A stretch of 64,000 nt of DNA from NCBI GenBank assembly GCA_963719505.1, contig CAVRCF010000003.1, positions 32,001 to 96,000 of the forward strand. The letters are read 5' to 3'. Origin of the DNA: Halobacteriovoraceae bacterium. GTDB lineage: Bacteria > Bdellovibrionota > Bacteriovoracia > Bacteriovoracales > Bacteriovoracaceae. The notes below the pieces were generated by a model. That model was given only the letters and a program-made list of their open reading frames with translations. It had not been told where the DNA came from and made no database searches. Made by a program: the position numbers and the translations under genes. This document shows positions 38,496 to 47,977 of the stretch, piece after piece; the first letter of the stretch is position 1; the number at the start of each line of letters is the position of its first letter.

Positions 38496-40382
38496 ATGTC
38501 TGATGAACTTAAAAATAAAAAAGTAAAAAAACAAAAAGGTCCTATTCGAACTGGAGCAGTGCTACCTTTTATCATTTTTGTTGCTGTTGTCACGGTGTTC
38601 AATATTTTCTTTCTCGATAATATTGTAAAAAACTCTATGGAGTATATTGGGCAAAAAGCTAACGGGGCTGAGGTGAATATAAGTCAAGTTAATATTGGGT
38701 TAACAGACTTAAGCTTTAAAGTCTTAAAGATGGAGTTCACGGATCCAGAAAAACCAGATTTTAACCGTTTTGAAATTGGTGAGATTAGTTTTAAGGCATT
38801 GTGGGATGGAGTTTTAAGGGCGAAGCTCGTTGTCAATAAAGCTTTCTTAAGAGATATAAAAGCTAAAACAAAACGAAGTTTTACCGGTTATGTTGTCCCT
38901 GAGGAAGAGAAAAAAACAGCCTTCACTGCTGAAGTCCTTGAGAAAACCCAAAAGGAATTCGCTGGAAATGTTCTAGGAGATATTGCCTCTCTCATCACGG
39001 GAACAAGTGTAACGAAAGGGATGCGAGTTGAAGATAACTTAGAAAGTAAAAAGAAGTACGAGGAACTTTCAACCCAGGTGGATGAAAGGGCCAAAGAGAT
39101 GGATCAAGCCTTTAAAAGCCTTCCCAATAAAGACCAGCTAGAAGATTTAAAAAAGAGATTTGAAAAAATCAAATGGAATGACATTGGTAATATTACCAAG
39201 GCCCCTAAAGTTTTAGCTGATATTGATCAACTAAAAAAAGATGTGGACGATACAAAAGAAAAGATTGAAAGAGCAAATAAACTAGTGAACCAAAACGTAA
39301 AGTTTATCAATGAAGGGCAAAAAGAAATTCAAACTCTTGTCAAAAAAGACATTGAAGGAGTTCAAAAAAGACTAAAACTTCCAACGCTTGATACTAAAAC
39401 AATCGCGAAGCTTCTTTTTGGAAACCAGGTTCTCGATAAAATCCAAACGGCTGAGAGACTTCACGCTCAAATAAAGGATTATCTACCACCTAAGAAAACA
39501 AAAGAGCAAAAAGAGGCGAGTAAGCCAGACTATACTAAGCACCCAAGAGGTAAAGGGCTAGACTATCAGTTTGTGAAAACGAAATCCTATCCACCAGTTT
39601 GGATTCAAAAAGTCATTATTGACTCACAAAATGATCAAGGGAAAGTATCAGGTGAGATAAATGATATTACTAATAACCAAAAGATAGTAGGAAAGCCGAC
39701 AACACTAAAGATCCAAGCGGACCTGGTGAAAGAGAACTTAAGAGATATTGTTATCACGGGATCATTTGATCACAGAGATATTTCAAAAGATAGTGTGGAC
39801 ATGACCATTGGAAGTTATCCTGTGAGTAATAAAGCACTTTCGAAATCTAAGTCCGCTAAGCTTATTATCGATAAAGCTCGCGGTGAAGCTGTTTTTAACG
39901 TGACTTTCATTGAGTCAATCCTGAGCTTTAAAGCAACAAATTATTACAAAGAAATTGTTTATGAGTACGATGCCGAATCTGACACAATGAAAGAGGTTCT
40001 GGGTGCAATTGCGAATGATACAAAAGTTATATCAATGCAAGCAACTGCTAAAGGAAAAATAAATGATTTAAATTGGGATATTAGAACTAACCTTGCGAGT
40101 GCGATTCAAAAATCTGTTGGGAACCTTATTCAAAATAAAATCAATAAAGCTAAAGCTGATATCGAAAATGAAATTAATAAATCTCTTTCTGGATCCAAAT
40201 CCCAGTTAAACTCAAAGCTTGCTTCATTTAAAAATGAATACGAGTCAAAATTGAATAAACAAAAGAGTCAGTTTGATAATTTTAAAGATCAGATTGATGA
40301 TAGACGAAAGAAAGAAGAGAAAAAAGCGAAGTCGTCACTTGAGGATAAAGCTAAAAAGCTCTTCAAGGGAATTAAGTTTTAA
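38496..40382 (+). CDS. TIGR03545-family protein
   Basis: N-terminal TM, ANGAEVNI, coiled coils, RGKG.DYQF; follows the TIGR03546-like gene. Confidence 0.75.
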   Translation: MSDELKNKKVKKQKGPIRTGAVLPFIIFVAVVTVFNIFFLDNIVKNSMEYIGQKANGAEVNISQVNIGLTDLSFKVLKMEFTDPEKPDFNRFEIGEISFKALWDGVLRAKLVVNKAFLRDIKAKTKRSFTGYVVPEEEKKTAFTAEVLEKTQKEFAGNVLGDIASLITGTSVTKGMRVEDNLESKKKYEELSTQVDERAKEMDQAFKSLPNKDQLEDLKKRFEKIKWNDIGNITKAPKVLADIDQLKKDVDDTKEKIERANKLVNQNVKFINEGQKEIQTLVKKDIEGVQKRLKLPTLDTKTIAKLLFGNQVLDKIQTAERLHAQIKDYLPPKKTKEQKEASKPDYTKHPRGKGLDYQFVKTKSYPPVWIQKVIIDSQNDQGKVSGEINDITNNQKIVGKPTTLKIQADLVKENLRDIVITGSFDHRDISKDSVDMTIGSYPVSNKALSKSKSAKLIIDKARGEAVFNVTFIESILSFKATNYYKEIVYEYDAESDTMKEVLGAIANDTKVISMQATAKGKINDLNWDIRTNLASAIQKSVGNLIQNKINKAKADIENEINKSLSGSKSQLNSKLASFKNEYESKLNKQKSQFDNFKDQIDDRRKKEEKKAKSSLEDKAKKLFKGIKF

Positions 40383-41142
40383 AAAATAAATTTAAGGAAT
40401 TTTCATAAAAGTATTTGGCCGCAACTTCAGGACTTACTCCCTTCAGTTCGGCCATCTTGTCTAAAATAAAAGGCAGATAAAAAGGAGCATTCTCCTTACC
40501 TCTATGTGGCACTGGGGTTAAAAATGGGGCATCAGTCTCTATTAAAAGGTTTTCAATCGGAGCGTATTTTACATTCTCTCGAACCTCTTCAGCTTTTTTA
40601 AATGTAATAATACCGTTAAAACCTAGATAAAAACCTTCATCTATAGCCTTAGTTGCTAATTGACGAGTGGAGGTAAAACTATGGATAACGCCTTTTCTAC
40701 TTAGCTTAGGAGCATATTCACTAAGCATGGCAATCATATCCTCATCAGCATCCCTTGAATGGATAATGACGGGCTTTTTAGTATCGACAGCTATTTGAAG
40801 TTGCTCTTCAAAAACTTCAAGTTGTTTTTTTCTTGGAGAATTATCATAGTGGTAATCAAGCCCAATTTCGCCTACGGCTACCATTTTTGTTTCAGATGTT
40901 CTTTGCGCAATTTTTTTCATTACCTCTTGGGTTGATTCTTTTGCATCGTGGGGGTGAATACCCTGAGAGAAATAGATGAGATCATTATTCGTCGAAATCT
41001 CAAAAACTTTATCCAAATTCTCTGGATCAACACCGATGGTGATAATTTTTTCAATTCCAACATCGGTGCATTTTTGAATAATCTCATCAAGTGGAAGCTG
41101 TTTGAGGTAGTCCAAATGACAATGAGTCTCAATTATTTTCAT
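40372..41142 (-). CDS. tatD: TatD-family hydrolase
   Basis: THCHL, GIHPH, GEIGLDY, IETDAPFL. Confidence 0.93.
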   Translation of the reverse strand: MKIIETHCHLDYLKQLPLDEIIQKCTDVGIEKIITIGVDPENLDKVFEISTNNDLIYFSQGIHPHDAKESTQEVMKKIAQRTSETKMVAVGEIGLDYHYDNSPRKKQLEVFEEQLQIAVDTKKPVIIHSRDADEDMIAMLSEYAPKLSRKGVIHSFTSTRQLATKAIDEGFYLGFNGIITFKKAEEVRENVKYAPIENLLIETDAPFLTPVPHRGKENAPFYLPFILDKMAELKGVSPEVAAKYFYENSLNLFFKT

Positions 41143-42314
41143 TATTTTTTACTTCTTTTTAAAATCTCATCCATAATTGCGGTCATAACACTGACCCCTC
41201 TGGCTCCTTCGAGTTTTCTTCCGTTGAGGATAATTGTGGGAGTTGACTGAAGATTGTACTGATCTCCTGAGAGAATCGTCATCTGAATATCTTCCTGAAT
41301 ATTTTTATTTTCAAAACAATTCGAGAGCTCAAATTTCTCTCTCCACTGCTCAATATTTTCATAACTTAATTGGCTTTGGTTTTCAAAGATAAAGTCATGA
41401 ACTTCAGGAAACTTTTCTTTGTCACAAGCCGCAAGGTACGCTGCACGGCAGGCGAACTTGTGAAAGGATGATTTTATTTTTGGGTTACAGCTATTATCAA
41501 GTGGATAAAACATATACTGAACATTGATATTGCCTTTGTATTTTTTTATTAACTCATCAACATTAGCGGCGACATTTTTACAAAAGGGACATTCAAAGTC
41601 CGAATAAAGAGAAAGTCTAAGCGGGGCATCCGAAAATTTTTCTGTACTCATCACAAGCTTATATGGAGACTCTGAGGCAGGGTCGCCAGGGATAGAGAGC
41701 TTAAAGAACTGCTCAATATACTGTCCATTTAGACTTTCCTGACTCTTCTTCTTTGATACAAAATGATTATGCATGAAAATTGCAGGAACGATCGTAATCA
41801 CAGCAAAAGGTATAATCGTCTTTAATCCTAATCCAAAGCGAGCATCACTTTTCTTAATGAATATAAAAGCGGCAATGAAAGAGAGAATGTAGTAGACGGT
41901 ACACATTGGGCAAAGTCCACCAAGAGCCACTAAAGAGTAGATAAAAAGAACTGCACATCCTAGGGCATTGAAAATAACAAGAGTTTTTACCGTTTTTTCA
42001 CTTTCTTCACTTGGAAAGATATTAGCAAAAATTCCCATGACCCCAATAATAATTCCGAAAAAGGCAGTGGGCACGTGGAAGAAACTTCCTAAAGGAGATA
42101 GGGAGGCTTTATCACATCCCCAAAACTCATTTATTGAGCAAAATGAATCGCCTGTGATACCAGTTGGAAAATGAGCCTCGTAAAAATGATTAGTGAGGTA
42201 GCCACTAACAATAATCATACCGACTGAAATAAGAAGATAAATGAGATTTGGAGTTGTAAGTCCATTAAGAGTCAGTCGTTGATTCCCGTTTTGGTTAGCA
42301 TTTTTGTTTTTCAT
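41142..42314 (-). CDS. VKOR-DsbA/thioredoxin fusion protein
   Basis: VKOR domain (CSINEFWGC, LCPMC) fused to DFECPFC...STPT. Confidence 0.85.
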   Translation of the reverse strand: MKNKNANQNGNQRLTLNGLTTPNLIYLLISVGMIIVSGYLTNHFYEAHFPTGITGDSFCSINEFWGCDKASLSPLGSFFHVPTAFFGIIIGVMGIFANIFPSEESEKTVKTLVIFNALGCAVLFIYSLVALGGLCPMCTVYYILSFIAAFIFIKKSDARFGLGLKTIIPFAVITIVPAIFMHNHFVSKKKSQESLNGQYIEQFFKLSIPGDPASESPYKLVMSTEKFSDAPLRLSLYSDFECPFCKNVAANVDELIKKYKGNINVQYMFYPLDNSCNPKIKSSFHKFACRAAYLAACDKEKFPEVHDFIFENQSQLSYENIEQWREKFELSNCFENKNIQEDIQMTILSGDQYNLQSTPTIILNGRKLEGARGVSVMTAIMDEILKRSKK

Positions 42315-42340
42315 TATTTCACCTTTTTCTTTTTATTATA

Positions 42341-42931
42341 CTAGATTGAGAAGATATTCCAATTTCTTTTGTCGGTTTTGTCTCTGCGATAGCTATTGTA
42401 GTGGAGATTTTCAAAAGTACACTGTGCGCAATTTATGGTGTAGATACCAGGGAAATTTATATTGAGTTGCTTCATGGCTTCAGCTTGAAGATTAAAAGTT
42501 AATTGATGCTTTTGCTCAAAAAAACCGGAAGAGTTTTGAAAATGATCCTTAAACTCTTTAGTAACAATAAAATTGCGAGCACTAATAGAGGGTCCTATAA
42601 ATGCTACCGTGGGTTTTATTTGTGCGAGCTTTTTACTGGCAATAATTTTATTGGCCAAGCCTCTCCATCCGGCGTGAAGGAGAGCGACCTTTTCTTCACC
42701 AAAAAGAAGAATTGGTAAGCAATCGGCTGTCTTTATGGCAAAATGATATTCTTTTGCTTGAGATTTACTAAAAATAACTCCATCACACTCGGACAAAGTC
42801 TCTGAAGGATCAAACTCTAAGACAATATTAGAGTGAGTTTGTTGAAGTGATATAAGTTTTTTAAAGTCAGGTTTGTCGTTATAGACCTTAAACGATCCCA
42901 TATCAAAACTATGCTCAAAAATTTGTTCCAT
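42341..42931 (-). CDS. PgeF/YfiH (polyphenol oxidase) family protein
   Basis: QTHS, TADCLP, HAGWRG, SYRR; follows rluD. Confidence 0.88.
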   Translation of the reverse strand: MEQIFEHSFDMGSFKVYNDKPDFKKLISLQQTHSNIVLEFDPSETLSECDGVIFSKSQAKEYHFAIKTADCLPILLFGEEKVALLHAGWRGLANKIIASKKLAQIKPTVAFIGPSISARNFIVTKEFKDHFQNSSGFFEQKHQLTFNLQAEAMKQLNINFPGIYTINCAQCTFENLHYNSYRRDKTDKRNWNIFSI

Positions 42932-43886
42932 TCTTTTTCTCTTTTAATGCTTGTAGCATCTTTTTGAATACAGTTGGGGGCTCTACTTCAAAGCGCAGAG
43001 CCTCTTTTGTTATGGGGTGAATAAAACCTAACACTTTTGCGTGGAGAAGAGGGTGCTCATAGTCCTTTAAAAGGGTCTTCATTTCAGAATTAAATCTGAG
43101 CTTTTCTTCTTTTTCTCTGCCATACATTGGGTCGTTTACTATAGGTGAATTTAAAAGCTCTGATAAATGAACTCTTATCTGATGTGTTCTTCCTGTTTCC
43201 AACTTGAGTTCGCAGTGTGAAAAATGATCGTAAAACTCAAGGACTCTCATATGGGTAATGGCGTTTTTACCTTGAGTCACTTGGGTCGACATCTTTAATC
43301 TATTCGTGGGATGTCTTGCAATTAAAGATTCTAGTTTTTTGTTGGACTCTAGTCTAACACCTAAGACAATGGCTTCATAGAACCTCTCTATATCGTGTTT
43401 GCTAAAGAGCTCAACAAGTCCTTCATGGGCTTTTTGACTTTTGGCGACAACCATAATTCCGCTGGTGCCTTTATCAAGTCTATGAACAATCCCTGGTCTT
43501 TTTTCATTCCCAATTCCAGAAAGGTTTGGACAGTGAAATAAAACAGCATTAACTAAGGTTCCATCGGGATTTCCAGGGGCTGGGTGAACCACAAGTCCAG
43601 CCTGTTTATTAATAATTAATAGATGATCGTCTTCAAACAAAATCTCTAGTGGAATTTCTTGCGGTTTTATATCTGTATCTTTAAGCTCTGGCGTTTTAAA
43701 GATAATCGTCGTTCCGGTGTCGGGTAGTTTTTTTAGATTTAACTGCTCGTTACTTATAAAGAGTCCATTGATAAAATGCTTCTTTATAAGTGATCGACTG
43801 ATATCGGGAAGTTTTTCACTAAGATAGGTATCGAGTCTTTTATGACTTTCTTTGTCTTGATCATTAATTGTAAAACTTAGATCCAT
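42915..43886 (-). CDS. rluD: RluD-type 23S rRNA pseudouridine synthase
   Basis: S4 domain, HRLDKGTSG, GRTHQIRVH. Confidence 0.9.
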   Translation of the reverse strand: MDLSFTINDQDKESHKRLDTYLSEKLPDISRSLIKKHFINGLFISNEQLNLKKLPDTGTTIIFKTPELKDTDIKPQEIPLEILFEDDHLLIINKQAGLVVHPAPGNPDGTLVNAVLFHCPNLSGIGNEKRPGIVHRLDKGTSGIMVVAKSQKAHEGLVELFSKHDIERFYEAIVLGVRLESNKKLESLIARHPTNRLKMSTQVTQGKNAITHMRVLEFYDHFSHCELKLETGRTHQIRVHLSELLNSPIVNDPMYGREKEEKLRFNSEMKTLLKDYEHPLLHAKVLGFIHPITKEALRFEVEPPTVFKKMLQALKEKKNGTNF

Positions 43887-43894
43887 CTCGCTTT

Positions 43895-44668
43895 TTATTG
43901 GTTAGCTTGAGCTTTTAACTGTCTCACGTGGTGCAGATAGCTTGTCGCAGCTAACTCAGGATTAAGCTTAAGAGTTTTTGCGTATTGGTAAACAAACCCT
44001 CTAGTATAGACATCCGCTGGTAGTTTTGAGTACTCATCGCTTTCAATATTTTTGATATAAGTTTTAGAGATTCGAGTCATATCTGCGAGTCTTTCAATAG
44101 AGACATTTTTATATTCTCGAACTTTCTTGAGAAATGCTCCATTGTACTCTGTTGTGTTCTCTATTTCTGTTTCAACACTTGGAACGACATCATAGTTTAG
44201 TCCAAACTTTTTAAAAGCTTGAACCTTTGACACGGAGACTTGATTTCTGTTTGAGTGTTCTTGGTTGTATTTGAACTGCTCTCTTTGCTCTTCTTGTTTC
44301 ATATCAAATGAATCAGAACTAGCATTATTCGTTTCGCTGATCAGATCACTAAGAGAGTTTTGAGGTTGATAGTCCGGTCTTTTCATAAACTCTTCTTGAA
44401 AGCCTTCGGGAGTATTATTTTGGTTTAAACCTTTTACTTTGTCATACTCTAGTCTTTTATCAGCCACACCAAGAACAGAATAAGCTTCTTCTATTTGGCT
44501 AAGAATTTGTTCGCACTCATGTTGAGTCATTAAAGAGTAGAGGGCTGCACTATCCCCTGAGTATGCATTCTTTGCTCGAACATAAGCATTATGTATTTCT
44601 TGAAGAGTTGCATTTGTTTGCGTCTCAAGAATATCGTAGTAGTTTTTATTGTCGCTTAAATTTGTCAT
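43895..44668 (-). CDS. J-like domain (no HPD) plus RodZ-type HTH protein
   Basis: NYYDILE..IEEAYSVL..RLEYD; C-terminal LKKVRE..TRISKTYIKNIE..YTRGFVYQYA. Confidence 0.75.
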   Translation of the reverse strand: MTNLSDNKNYYDILETQTNATLQEIHNAYVRAKNAYSGDSAALYSLMTQHECEQILSQIEEAYSVLGVADKRLEYDKVKGLNQNNTPEGFQEEFMKRPDYQPQNSLSDLISETNNASSDSFDMKQEEQREQFKYNQEHSNRNQVSVSKVQAFKKFGLNYDVVPSVETEIENTTEYNGAFLKKVREYKNVSIERLADMTRISKTYIKNIESDEYSKLPADVYTRGFVYQYAKTLKLNPELAATSYLHHVRQLKAQANQ

Positions 44669-44672
44669 TTTA

Positions 44673-45620
44673 TTATCCCATCTCTATGAGTTTATGCACG
44701 ATTTTATCAAAATTATTTACAAGGCGAGAATTTGGGAATTCCATCAATAAGGGCTTTCTCTTTTTCACACTTTGCCAAACGCTTGGATCGTAGTCTAGAT
44801 ATCCTGCATAATCGATGTCTATACCAAAATATCTTTTGCAAACACTTTGAATAGAGAACCCGATATCAATATCATTTTGACCACGAATCTGATTCATAAT
44901 AATTTTAGGTTTAAACTTACTAATTTCAGCTTTTAATTTCATTCCCATTGTTGGGTTAATTTCAATAACACGTCTTACAAGATCTACCGGAGTGCTTTGT
45001 GCTGTCGAAATTTTTGAGTTCATTGCTTGATTAATAAGAGGTTGTATGTCGAGAAGATCTTCAATCATTTTTAATCGTCTGTGGTAAACCGACTTGATAA
45101 AACGGTAAGTATTCTCAATTGAAGTAGGCTCAGGTAAAATAACGAGAACACCTTTGTCTGCTGAGATAAAAAAGTCGAGCGTATTAAAAGTTGTACCAGC
45201 CCCTAAGTCTAACAAAACGTAATCAGCATCCAGCTCATTGAGCTTGGATAGAATTTTATTCTTATGCATTTGTTTAAGGTTGGCTATTCCAAGGTCATCC
45301 TGAGCTCCTGAGATTATTTGGAGATTTTTAATAGGTGTTGGAACCAGAAGATCTTTTAAACTTGGAACTTTTTTTGAGATATAATCTGAAAGTGTTTTTT
45401 CAGGAATAGGTATTCCTAAACAGGTGTGCATATTTGCTCCACCTAGATCAAGGTCTACAGTTACTACTTTATAACCCATAAGGGCTAAGCAGATAGAAGT
45501 ATTGGCCGTTACAAGGCTTTTTCCAACTCCACCTTTTCCACCACCAATGGCCCAAACTTTACAGTTTCTTCCATTTCCAAGCAGTGAATTGTTTTTATTT
45601 AGTTCGTCAGCTATGTTCAT
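44673..45620 (-). CDS. MinD/FlhG-family P-loop ATPase
   Basis: GGKGGVGKS, DLDLGGAN, DLGAGT, PEPTSIEN. Confidence 0.88.
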   Translation of the reverse strand: MNIADELNKNNSLLGNGRNCKVWAIGGGKGGVGKSLVTANTSICLALMGYKVVTVDLDLGGANMHTCLGIPIPEKTLSDYISKKVPSLKDLLVPTPIKNLQIISGAQDDLGIANLKQMHKNKILSKLNELDADYVLLDLGAGTTFNTLDFFISADKGVLVILPEPTSIENTYRFIKSVYHRRLKMIEDLLDIQPLINQAMNSKISTAQSTPVDLVRRVIEINPTMGMKLKAEISKFKPKIIMNQIRGQNDIDIGFSIQSVCKRYFGIDIDYAGYLDYDPSVWQSVKKRKPLLMEFPNSRLVNNFDKIVHKLIEMG

Positions 45621-45711
45621 ATTATAAGTTGTTGATTTTCCATTAAATATTAGTATATATATCTAACGTTATTATAGGTTCTTTTCTCCGTTTTGAAAGA
45701 GATAAAATCAC

Positions 45712-45739
45712 TTAAGATAGAGAACAAAGTAGCCGACAA
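45712..45739 (+). promoter_or_regulatory. sigma28-like promoter
   Basis: TTAA-N16-GCCGACAA. Confidence 0.5.
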
Positions 45740-45766
45740 GGAAAGTACACTAATTTTAGGACTATT

Positions 45767-46414
45767 ATGAATTTAAATGTAAGCAAGCTAGCAAGAAGAA
45801 CTGATCTCCATATGCTGAGAAAAATTTGGCATATTGTTTTTGGTTCTATCTGTCTTTTTATCTATAAATCTATGGATGTGGAAATAACGTTCTGGGGATA
45901 TTTTGCAACCTTCTTTGCTATTGGTGGGTTTGCGATGGACCTTGTTCGTCTCAATAATAAAAAGATAAACAAAATTGTTCTTAAAGTCATGGGCCCCGTT
46001 ATGAGGCAATCAGAGGCGAAGAGCTTCTCTGGGCTTCCATTTTATGCACTTGGTGTTGGGCTCTCAATTTTATTTTTTAAAGAAGATATCGCCGTTCTCT
46101 CGATTATGTTTTTAGTTTTTGCCGATCCGATTGCCTCTTTTGTAGGTGTTAATTATGGTCGCGATAAAATCCTGCCCAACAAGTCTCTTCAAGGAGCAGT
46201 GGCCTCTTTTATCACTTGCGTATTCATTACCATTTTTTATTTTTATCAAGTTGAAATTTCCGATTTAAATCTTATCCTTTTCTCTTTGGCCGCAGGCTTA
46301 ATTGGTTGTCTCTCAGAGTTAGCGAGTGCATTCAATATTGATGATAACCTGACTATTCCAGTTCTTTCTGGTGCTGGTCTTACTCTTATTAATGGTCTTT
46401 TGGGAATATTCTAA
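45767..46414 (+). CDS. CTP-dependent diacylglycerol/polyprenol (phytol/dolichol) kinase family protein
   Basis: RKIWH, ADPIASFVG..YG, KSLQG, DDNLTIP. Confidence 0.85.
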   Translation: MNLNVSKLARRTDLHMLRKIWHIVFGSICLFIYKSMDVEITFWGYFATFFAIGGFAMDLVRLNNKKINKIVLKVMGPVMRQSEAKSFSGLPFYALGVGLSILFFKEDIAVLSIMFLVFADPIASFVGVNYGRDKILPNKSLQGAVASFITCVFITIFYFYQVEISDLNLILFSLAAGLIGCLSELASAFNIDDNLTIPVLSGAGLTLINGLLGIF

Positions 46415-46422
46415 AGTCTTAT

Positions 46423-46449
46423 TAAATAAATTTAAGTTTTTGTCGATAA
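46423..46449 (+). promoter_or_regulatory. sigma28-like promoter
   Basis: TAAA-N15-GTCGATAA just before the 46453/46459 start. Confidence 0.5.
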
Positions 46450-46452
46450 GGA

Positions 46453-46740
46453 ATGAGTATGGCAACAACTAAAGAATGCACAATCTGCAAACATATTGGA
46501 AAGAGAAGTACAGACCAGGCTGATCCAGAGGCCGGTTTCCTATTCAACGATATAGAGCATCCTTCAACAATTCAGATTAGACTTTGCCGCTCTCATTCAG
46601 TAGAGCTTTTTAAGATTGGTCAAAAAAAGTTTTTGCTTGAGTATCACCATATTTTACATGATCTCGTTAACTCAGATGAAATGGAATTTATTAAGCTTCT
46701 TGATCGAGTAGTCAAAAAGAATTTAGACGCAATATACTAA
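46453..46740 (+). CDS. Small hypothetical protein, possible Zn-binding (CxxC...CxxH)
   Basis: CTIC...LCRSHSVELF; fills the intergenic space. Confidence 0.65.
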   Translation: MSMATTKECTICKHIGKRSTDQADPEAGFLFNDIEHPSTIQIRLCRSHSVELFKIGQKKFLLEYHHILHDLVNSDEMEFIKLLDRVVKKNLDAIY

Positions 46741-46855
46741 GCAACTAGTATCTCGTAAAACTCAATAAAATTTAAAGAATTTTTCACTTCAGATGTCAGA
46801 CTATTTTAAAAAATATTCTCTGGCCGTAATGCCAATTGACACTTATTCTTAAACT

Positions 46856-46911
46856 ACACAATATGTAGACGAACAAAACGATTCTGACACAAGAACAACA
46901 CAATATGTAGA
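46856..46911 (+). promoter_or_regulatory. Tandem NrdR boxes
   Basis: ACACAATATGTAGA at 46856 and 46898 (42-bp period), matching acaCwAtATaTwGtg; TTGACA at 46836. Confidence 0.85.
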
Positions 46912-46964
46912 TTAGAAAGTCAAAAGAACGACAAAAAATTGACAGTAGCGGAGAGAGGCTTACG

Positions 46965-47944
46965 ATGACGAAAGAAGTATTACTCGACAAAAGTAACGAC
47001 AGGTTTGTTTTATTCCCAATTAAGTACGATGACATTTGGGAGATGTACAAAAAAGCAATGGCATCATTTTGGACGGCAGAAGAGATTGATCTTTATCAAG
47101 ACCTTGATGATTGGAACAATAAACTGAATGATGACGAAAGACATTACATCAAACACATCCTCGCTTTCTTTAGCGCTAGTGATGGAATTGTTAATGAGAA
47201 TTTATGCCTACGTTTTTATAACGATGTTCAGATTCCGGAGGCGAGATGCTTCTATGGTTTTCAAATCGCTATGGAAAATATTCATGCAGAAACTTATGGT
47301 CTTTTGATTGATACTTATATTAAAGATCCAAAAGAGAAAGATTATCTCTTTAATGCTATCGACAATATTCCTTGTATTAAAAAGAAAGCCGACTGGGCTA
47401 TAAAATGGATTTATGGACAAGATGACTTTGCTCTAGACTTTTAGCTTTTGCTGCTATCGAGGGAATCTTCTTCTCAGGATCTTTTTGTTCAATCTTTTGG
47501 TTGAAAAAACGTGGTCTAATGCCAGGTCTAACTTTCTCTAATGAGTTAATCTCAAGAGATGAAGGTCTTCACACTGACTTTGCTTGTCTTCTTTATAGAT
47601 ATATTCAAGACAAACCATCTAAGGAAAAAGTTCTAAGCCTCATTAGAGAAGCAGTTGAGTTTGAGCAAGAATTTATCACGGAAGCACTTCCGGTATCTCT
47701 TATTGGGATGAACTGCGGATAGATGAACGATTATGTTGAGTTTGTTGCTGACAGACTTCTTGGTGAAATTGGTATGGAGCCAATCTACGGTTCAAAAAAT
47801 CCATTTGACTGGATGGAGTTAATTTCTCTTCAAGGTAAAACAAACTTTTTTGAAAAAAGAGTTTCTGAATACCAAAAAGCAGGAGTTATGAACTCAGTTA
47901 GGTGATCGGTATGACTTTGACTTTCAATGGACGCAGATTTTTAA
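46965..47944 (+). pseudogene. nrdB: Class Ia ribonucleotide reductase beta subunit, interrupted as assembled (missing base ~47434, TAG 47720, TGAs 47903-47920)
   Basis: [52 protein letters not shown]-terminal DADF spread over fragments; may be intact in vivo. Confidence 0.85.
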
Positions 47945-47977
47945 CTCAATTAAAAATAATTAAATAAGGAAATAAAA

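Noticed and set aside
47720-47920. Stop-codon reassignment, selenocysteine or pyrrolysine in nrdB
   Set aside because: TAG (ssb, 29245) and TGA (mreC, 11667) are normal stops elsewhere; the positions are non-catalytic and co-occur with indels
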